Below the pieces are notes generated by a model, which ran no database searches, was not told where the DNA came from, and saw nothing but the letters and a program-made list of their open reading frames with translations. A DNA stretch of 25,645 nt from an uncultured archaeon (GTDB taxonomy: Archaea > Asgardarchaeota > Heimdallarchaeia > Heimdallarchaeales > Kariarchaeaceae), in NCBI GenBank assembly GCA_964645535.1, contig CAZYCQ010000048.1, forward strand, positions 1 through 25,645, written 5' to 3'. The stretch's first letter is position 1; each line of letters begins with the position of its first letter. The translations under genes were made by a program, and so were the position numbers. Positions 25,284-25,645 of the stretch are shown in pieces.

Positions 25284-25645
25284 TGCTCCCCTGAAATGGG
25301 AATTTGAGGACTTCTTTTAAAGTTTTCCTGCAAAAAATGACCAATGAGTGCTTTTTGGATTTTCCCATATCGACCATACTTTCGAATTGAAAAGGATCGA
25401 AAGAACCACTTCGGAACTAACTGATGCATTTGCATCAGACAAGATACACTTTGATTTCCAAGAATTGCCCGACTTCGTCAACCTCTTTCCTGTTGACCAT
25501 TGAAACTCATTCCCGAAATCGCCACCTTTCCCATAGTAATGGGATGTCCGTCCCTTACATACATCCAATTCAAAAACAAATAAACCAGAGCATTCGAACC
25601 TAAACGTTCAGAAGAAGTCATCTTTCCATGACAACAACGTACTCA

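Noticed and set aside
25317-25568. 83-aa ORF in frame with the downstream membrane gene (possible TAA readthrough fusion)
   Set aside because: No recognisable motif, atypical composition, and it overlaps the inverted-repeat cluster. Cannot be supported as coding.
1-25645. tRNA, rRNA, transposase, integrase or defence-system genes
   Set aside because: No cloverleaf, rRNA-like tract, DDE/tyrosine-recombinase motif or known defence domain was recognised by eye. tRNAscan, Infernal and DefenseFinder were not run.

Overview
Gene-dense archaeal chromosomal window with no rRNA, tRNA, CRISPR array or recognisable mobile element. Archaeal origin is supported by aIF-1A, a TrmB regulator, a four-subunit porCDAB operon, GGTGA-type Shine-Dalgarno sites and TATA-like boxes. 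An Asgard (Heimdallarchaeia-like) host is only inferred, from a PGF-type C-terminal anchor, an LRR protein, and heme o synthase co-occurring with ferredoxin-dependent POR. The main theme is peptide and amino-acid catabolism in a probably O2-tolerant heterotroph: ALDH, BioY, POR, M20 peptidase, tryptophanase, subtilase, Pab87-like serine peptidase, FMO, esterase, CyoE and a surface cupredoxin. Highlights: (1) arsM followed by a TrmB-family regulator ending in C-x5-CC, a candidate arsenite sensor in place of ArsR; (2) a Tk-subtilisin-like protease missing almost its whole propeptide; (3) a small protein made of nine in-register 11-mer amphipathic repeats; (4) four 18-bp operator boxes in two 21-bp-phased pairs between an XRE/DUF2178 operon and a divergent membrane gene; (5) a cluster of C-terminally anchored surface proteins, two of them paralogs, near a CPBP intramembrane protease; (6) an aldo-keto reductase broken by two indels. 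All family assignments come from motif recognition; no database search was run.
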